A stretch of 25,928 nt of DNA from a virus (lineage: Duplodnaviria > Caudoviricetes), in IMG/VR virus record IMGVR_UViG_3300012232_000045, positions 1-25,928 of that record; one strand, given 5' to 3'. Position 1 is the first letter of the stretch, and the number at the start of each line of letters is the position of its first letter. Positions 25,652-25,928 of this stretch are shown in pieces. The notes under the pieces were generated by a model. It saw only the letters and a list, made by a program, of their open reading frames with translations. It did not search any database and was not told the origin of the DNA. Both the position numbers and the translations under genes were made by a program.

Positions 25652-25928
25652 GATGCACGTCCAGTAATGCCTTGCTGAACACGTCCGCCAGATCCTTGCC
25701 GGCAACCTCTGGCTCGTCGTCGTCCGGCGGATCATCCTCGTCGTCGGCATCCGCCGGCAACGGAGGAGGCACCAACGCTGCCGGCGGCGCAGGCGGCTCC
25801 ATTGCAAATGACAATGGCACCACTTGCTGTTGGACGCGCGGCTCGTCGCCATCCTTCGCGGCCGGATAGCCTTCGAGCGCGCGCGCCTCGTTGGGTGAGA
25901 AAATGCCGCCTTGCACCGCGCGCGCCAG
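25638..25928 (-). CDS. Portal protein, C-terminal part (truncated by window)
   Basis: GGIFSPNEARALEGYP...GDEP HK97-type portal C-terminal motif. Confidence 0.85.
   Translation of the reverse strand: MARAVQGGIFSPNEARALEGYPAAKDGDEPRVQQQVVPLSFAMEPPAPPAALVPPPLPADADDEDDPPDDDEPEVAGKDLADVFSKALLDVHHAAQ

Larger units (their letters stand above)
1..25928. mobile_element. Temperate siphovirus-like phage genome segment (non-integrated gene order)
   Basis: Continuous phage modules (portal, tail, lysis, integrase, cI/cro, HNH) and no host housekeeping genes. Integrase/att lies internally with phage genes on both sides. Confidence 0.95.

Overview
The window is about 26 kb of a temperate siphovirus-like (HK97/lambda-type) phage genome, most likely infecting an alphaproteobacterium such as a Rhizobiales member. 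The host inference rests on strong GANTC depletion, a CtrA box and a VPGP-type CTERM protein. On the minus strand, from the right end, the genes are: portal C-terminus, collagen/foldon head-fibre genes, head-tail connectors, major tail protein, frameshifted tail chaperones, tape measure, tail-tip/RBP genes and lysis genes. In the middle lie a converging small moron, a probable attP, and a plus-strand early operon (annealase-like protein, Gp157, CTERM surface protein, Xis-like protein, tyrosine integrase). Further left are a divergent cI/cro switch with five 17-bp operators and the rightward early operon (N6-adenine MTase, PD-(D/E)XK protein, VRR-NUC, DUF1376 initiator-like gene with internal origin, putative late regulator). 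The window ends with an HK97 gp74-like HNH and a cos-proximal repeat region. Phage genes flank the att region on both sides, so this is the non-integrated arrangement. Terminase and capsid genes lie outside the window. All family calls come from motif recognition by eye, not from database searches.
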